Positions 60,585-64,000 of a DNA stretch of 64,000 nt are shown piece by piece. Made by a program: the position numbers and the translations under genes. Below the pieces are notes generated by a model that saw only the letters and a list, made by a program, of their open reading frames with translations, was not told the DNA's origin and searched no databases. Position 1 is the stretch's first letter. Each line of letters opens with the position of its first letter. The DNA is from Fibrobacterales bacterium (GTDB lineage: Bacteria; Fibrobacterota; Fibrobacteria; Fibrobacterales; JAOPTW01), in contig JAOPTX010000023.1 in NCBI GenBank assembly GCA_051532055.1, forward strand, positions 1 to 64,000, in the 5' to 3' direction.

Positions 60585-61019
60585 TTATTGTGCTGTAAAT
60601 ATATATTCAGCACTTTTAGACCGTTTCAACCAGGCTTTATCTAAGCCTGGTTTTTTTATGACCACCCTATACACTCCTCCTGACTCTATGTATACAGAAT
60701 CACCTTTTGGGGCTCTAATATTAATACCTTGCAACAGGGAATCAGGTATGTTCATCTCCTTACTATTCTGCCCAATTCGAAATTCCATATCACTTATTTT
60801 AAAAGATTCTTCCACCGCCTCTATTTTCCAGACCAGGGAATCCTGCTCTGTCCATAGGGCAATTTCAGAGAATTCATTTTTTTTAAATTCAAAAAAGTTT
60901 ATTAAAATGGTAACGTCCCCATCCTCTTGAAACACTTCTAAATAGGGAGGCAGAAATATAAACCACGTTACGAGTAGTACAACTACACTCAACACAACCT
61001 TTTTAAATATCTTTTTCAT
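60585..61019 (-). CDS. Hypothetical membrane-anchored protein
   Basis: N-terminal TM segment; 144-aa ORF. Confidence 0.65.
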   Translation of the reverse strand: MKKIFKKVVLSVVVLLVTWFIFLPPYLEVFQEDGDVTILINFFEFKKNEFSEIALWTEQDSLVWKIEAVEESFKISDMEFRIGQNSKEMNIPDSLLQGINIRAPKGDSVYIESGGVYRVVIKKPGLDKAWLKRSKSAEYIFTAQ

Positions 61020-61189
61020 ATTCTCGACTCTTTTAAAATATTACTCAGGTTCTCAAATTACTAAATAATCGTGCATTGCTCAAAATTTTGTGGTACTATA
61101 TAGTAATTACAACCTTGAATCTATATATTACTATATTATAATTTAGTCATAAAAAATAATACATACTAGTATTTGTAGAAGGACGTGAA

Positions 61190-62602
61190 ATGAGGCCACA
61201 AATAATACTCGCCATACTTATTCCCCTTGTTATAGTGATAGGGAGTATCTTATATTCAATAAAGCCTAATGAAATATCACTCGACAACCCACAGCATTTC
61301 ATAATTCAAAAGAAACCCCATGTAGACCATAAGGATCTTATTACCGGCGATTTTAAAGACGGCCCATCGGTTACCAGAACATGCCTCAGCTGCCATAAAA
61401 ATGCGGCTAAAGAGCACATGCAAACAACACACTGGAAGTGGACTACTGATTCAATCGCCGTGCCCTGGCACGACACAAAAATAATGGTGGGGAAAAAACA
61501 TTCGTTTAACAACTTTTGCATTGGCATTGCTGGTGGCAATGAATCCAAATGTACTAAGTGTCATACCGGCTATGGCTGGGAAGATAAAAATTTTGATTTC
61601 ACCGCAGAAGAACGCGTTGACTGCCTTGTGTGTCACGATGGTTCAGGACTCTATGCTAAAGTGGGCAAAGGACTCCCCAGCAAATCAGTGAATCTTACAG
61701 AAGTCGCTCAAAGTGTTGGCTATAGCTCGAGAAAAAACTGTGGTTCATGTCACTTTTCTGGTGGAGGCGGCAATGCTGTAAAACATGGAGACCTCGATGA
61801 ATCACTCTACTTTCCTACTCCTCGTATTGACATACATATGGGTAAACTTGATTTTCAATGTACTACTTGCCACGAAACAAAAGATCACAATATAACAGGT
61901 CGATCGATGTCTGTAAGCGTAACGAATGAGAATAGACTCGACTGTACCAAGTGTCATAATGAAAACCCTCACAAAGACACCCGTATAAATCTCCACACTA
62001 AACGAGTTGCCTGCCAGACTTGTCATATACCAGAGGTAGCGATTAAAACGCCAACAAAAACAGATTGGGACTGGTCAAAAGCAGGGCAAGAAGGCCGTGA
62101 AGAGGATGCCCATCACTATATGAAAATGAAAGGTGAGTTCATTTATAAGAAAAACCTTAAACCTGAGTACCACTGGTATAACGGTACTTCGAAAGTGTAC
62201 ATCACCGGACAAAAAGTAGATTCAACTAAAGGAGTCGCAATTAATGAGCCTCTTGGAAATATCAAAGATACACTATCTAAGATTTGGCCTTTTAAAGTTC
62301 ACCGAGGTAAACAAATTTATGACAATGTCAATAATTACTTAATTCAGCCTAAAACAGTGGGTGGCTATTGGGAGCATTTTGATTGGCAAAAAGCACTCAC
62401 TGCAGGCGCAAAAAACATGGGTCTTGACTATTCTGGTTCATATGGATTTACGCAAACTGAAATGTACTGGCCTTTGTCACATATGGTTGCAGAATCTAAC
62501 AGAGCACTCTCATGTATGGAATGTCATGGCGATGATGGACGTATAGACTGGAAAACACTCGGCTACCCCGGTGACCCCATGACAACCATAGGAGGCAATT
62601 AA
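61190..62602 (+). CDS. Octaheme c-type cytochrome, tetrathionate reductase (OTR) family
   Basis: 8 CxxCH (CLSCH, CTKCH, CLVCH, CGSCH, CTTCH, CTKCH, CQTCH, CMECH); GGGG..VKHGD; LGY.GDP. Confidence 0.93.
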   Translation: MRPQIILAILIPLVIVIGSILYSIKPNEISLDNPQHFIIQKKPHVDHKDLITGDFKDGPSVTRTCLSCHKNAAKEHMQTTHWKWTTDSIAVPWHDTKIMVGKKHSFNNFCIGIAGGNESKCTKCHTGYGWEDKNFDFTAEERVDCLVCHDGSGLYAKVGKGLPSKSVNLTEVAQSVGYSSRKNCGSCHFSGGGGNAVKHGDLDESLYFPTPRIDIHMGKLDFQCTTCHETKDHNITGRSMSVSVTNENRLDCTKCHNENPHKDTRINLHTKRVACQTCHIPEVAIKTPTKTDWDWSKAGQEGREEDAHHYMKMKGEFIYKKNLKPEYHWYNGTSKVYITGQKVDSTKGVAINEPLGNIKDTLSKIWPFKVHRGKQIYDNVNNYLIQPKTVGGYWEHFDWQKALTAGAKNMGLDYSGSYGFTQTEMYWPLSHMVAESNRALSCMECHGDDGRIDWKTLGYPGDPMTTIGGN

Positions 62603-62603
62603 T

Positions 62604-64000
62604 ATGTATTATTTTACACACATTATTTTCGCACTGTTTTTTGTGAGTACCCTTGCTACTGCAAGCCCTATTCATCCAACCATTGAGTGGAAAGATACCC
62701 TCGGAGCTCCAACCAAAAATGAGGTATCCTACGAAGCCTCATGTGGACAGTGTCATGATATCGATTACATTAAAAGCCATGATTCCCATGCAAAGCTTTA
62801 TGCAAATGAGAGTTTTAACTGTTTGACTTGTCATAGCGGTACTGTACCACAAACTGCCCCATCACAAACAACAACAATCACTCGTCCGCGTACTGAACAC
62901 TGCCAACAATGTCATACCAATGATAACGTCTACAGCAAAAAATCTGGGCGTTTCTATTCGGGTAAAAAGGTTTCAGAGTCAAATTTTAATATCCCGGGCA
63001 AGTCACAAATCAATCACGCTTGGGACATTCATGCTGAACGTGGCCTCAACTGCAATGACTGCCATTTCTCGACAAACAACCCTGTTTTCTTACGTAAAGA
63101 AGATACATCAAAACCATCACACTTAGAATTCGACCCCAGACGGCCCGATATTGGAGAATTTTTAAAACGACCCAGTCATAAGCTTGCCTTTACCGCTGGA
63201 GAACGATATGACTGTACGTATTGTCACACCGGTGAACATAGTGGCATATGGAAGGACCGCTCCGATATACACTTTAAAAAACTTGAGTGTCAGAGTTGTC
63301 ACACTCCTACTATCAAATCACCACTACTCGATACCATTAATAATACGATACGGTCAAATAATGCACCCGTGAAAATATTTAAAAACGTTGATACCAAGGG
63401 TGTTATTACCCCCTTCAGACCAATGCTCTATAAAACCAACATAAAGAGCGCTTACAAGCCCTACAACAATATCACCGAATTTTATTTTTATGCAACCACT
63501 CAAAAGAAACGTGTTCCAGACTCTGTCATTGCACAGATTTCGCTAGAACACAGCACTGAGATACATAACTATCTAGACCTTAATAAAGACGGTTGGGTTA
63601 CAGGCAATGAACAAGGCCCTGCTTCAGGAGTCTATTTTGATTTCATGAAAACTCAACTCCTAGAGCAAGGATACAGTGGCATCATTGTTAAAAAGAACTA
63701 CTCTTTTCATCACATTGCACACAATACTGTCACCGCAGAATATGCAACAAAACAATGCAGTGAATGTCACTCATCTCAAAATGCATTTAGTACTATTCTC
63801 GTTTCCCAAGGCCCTACAGACTCCCTCTCCTCATTTAGTTGCAGTGAAGATAATCTGTACATTTTCGGAAGAGAATGTAGCAGTACGGTTAACCTCATTG
63901 GCATCTTAACCATAATTGCTGTACTCATTGGCATTATACTCCACGGAGGACTCCGAGTAATCATACGTATAAAAAACGGGAGTCATCACAAAATTAAAAC
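62604..64000 (+). CDS. Multiheme c-type cytochrome with C-terminal membrane segment (runs off window; missed by ORF track)
   Basis: Open frame from ATG 62604 (GGAGG SD) with a signal peptide, 7 CxxCH (CGQCH, CLTCH, CQQCH, CNDCH, CTYCH, CQSCH, CSECH) and a TM helix ending HGGLR. Confidence 0.9.
   Translation, partial: MYYFTHIIFALFFVSTLATASPIHPTIEWKDTLGAPTKNEVSYEASCGQCHDIDYIKSHDSHAKLYANESFNCLTCHSGTVPQTAPSQTTTITRPRTEHCQQCHTNDNVYSKKSGRFYSGKKVSESNFNIPGKSQINHAWDIHAERGLNCNDCHFSTNNPVFLRKEDTSKPSHLEFDPRRPDIGEFLKRPSHKLAFTAGERYDCTYCHTGEHSGIWKDRSDIHFKKLECQSCHTPTIKSPLLDTINNTIRSNNAPVKIFKNVDTKGVITPFRPMLYKTNIKSAYKPYNNITEFYFYATTQKKRVPDSVIAQISLEHSTEIHNYLDLNKDGWVTGNEQGPASGVYFDFMKTQLLEQGYSGIIVKKNYSFHHIAHNTVTAEYATKQCSECHSSQNAFSTILVSQGPTDSLSSFSCSEDNLYIFGRECSSTVNLIGILTIIAVLIGIILHGGLRVIIRIKNGSHHKIK

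Noticed and set aside
62920..63964. Four short ORFs listed after the OTR gene
   Set aside because: They are out-of-frame shadows of the continuous multiheme ORF starting at 62604, not a pseudogene
1..64000. CRISPR array, cas genes, transposases, integrase or prophage
   Set aside because: No regularly spaced repeats or recognisable motifs seen. The tRNA-Leu has no adjacent integrase or visible duplicated 3' end.

Overview
AT-rich bacterial chromosome segment, most likely Fibrobacterota/FCB group. This is an inference from the Ser-rich lipoproteins, the LPP20-type cluster and the Bacteroidota-type PurF. Most of the window is housekeeping: carB, mtnA, recQ, tpx, rpsF-rpsR-rplI, tRNA-Leu, rsgA, purF, coaE-polA, clpS, murD and ferritin. 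Several envelope/outer-membrane genes are interspersed. The left edge looks like the promoter and leader of an rRNA operon reading out of the window. The most unusual locus is 51957-58817. There, a membrane-spanning protein (His-rich N-domain, TM, Cache, TM, PAS, DUF294 nucleotidyltransferase) is divergent from DUF3360, DUF485 and ActP-like transporter genes, and an identical 16-bp palindromic operator lies in front of both transporter units. This is a candidate receptor-nucleotidyltransferase system for carboxylate uptake. Other highlights are an octaheme cytochrome with a multiheme partner the ORF track missed, an LPP20/DUF6175/FlgT-like lipoprotein cluster with a missed 47-aa lipoprotein, a candidate CRP-box-controlled sRNA, two sigma54 promoters, recurrent leaderless gene starts and an RPE-like palindromic element. 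I saw no CRISPR array or transposase. Family names come from recognised motifs, not from database searches.
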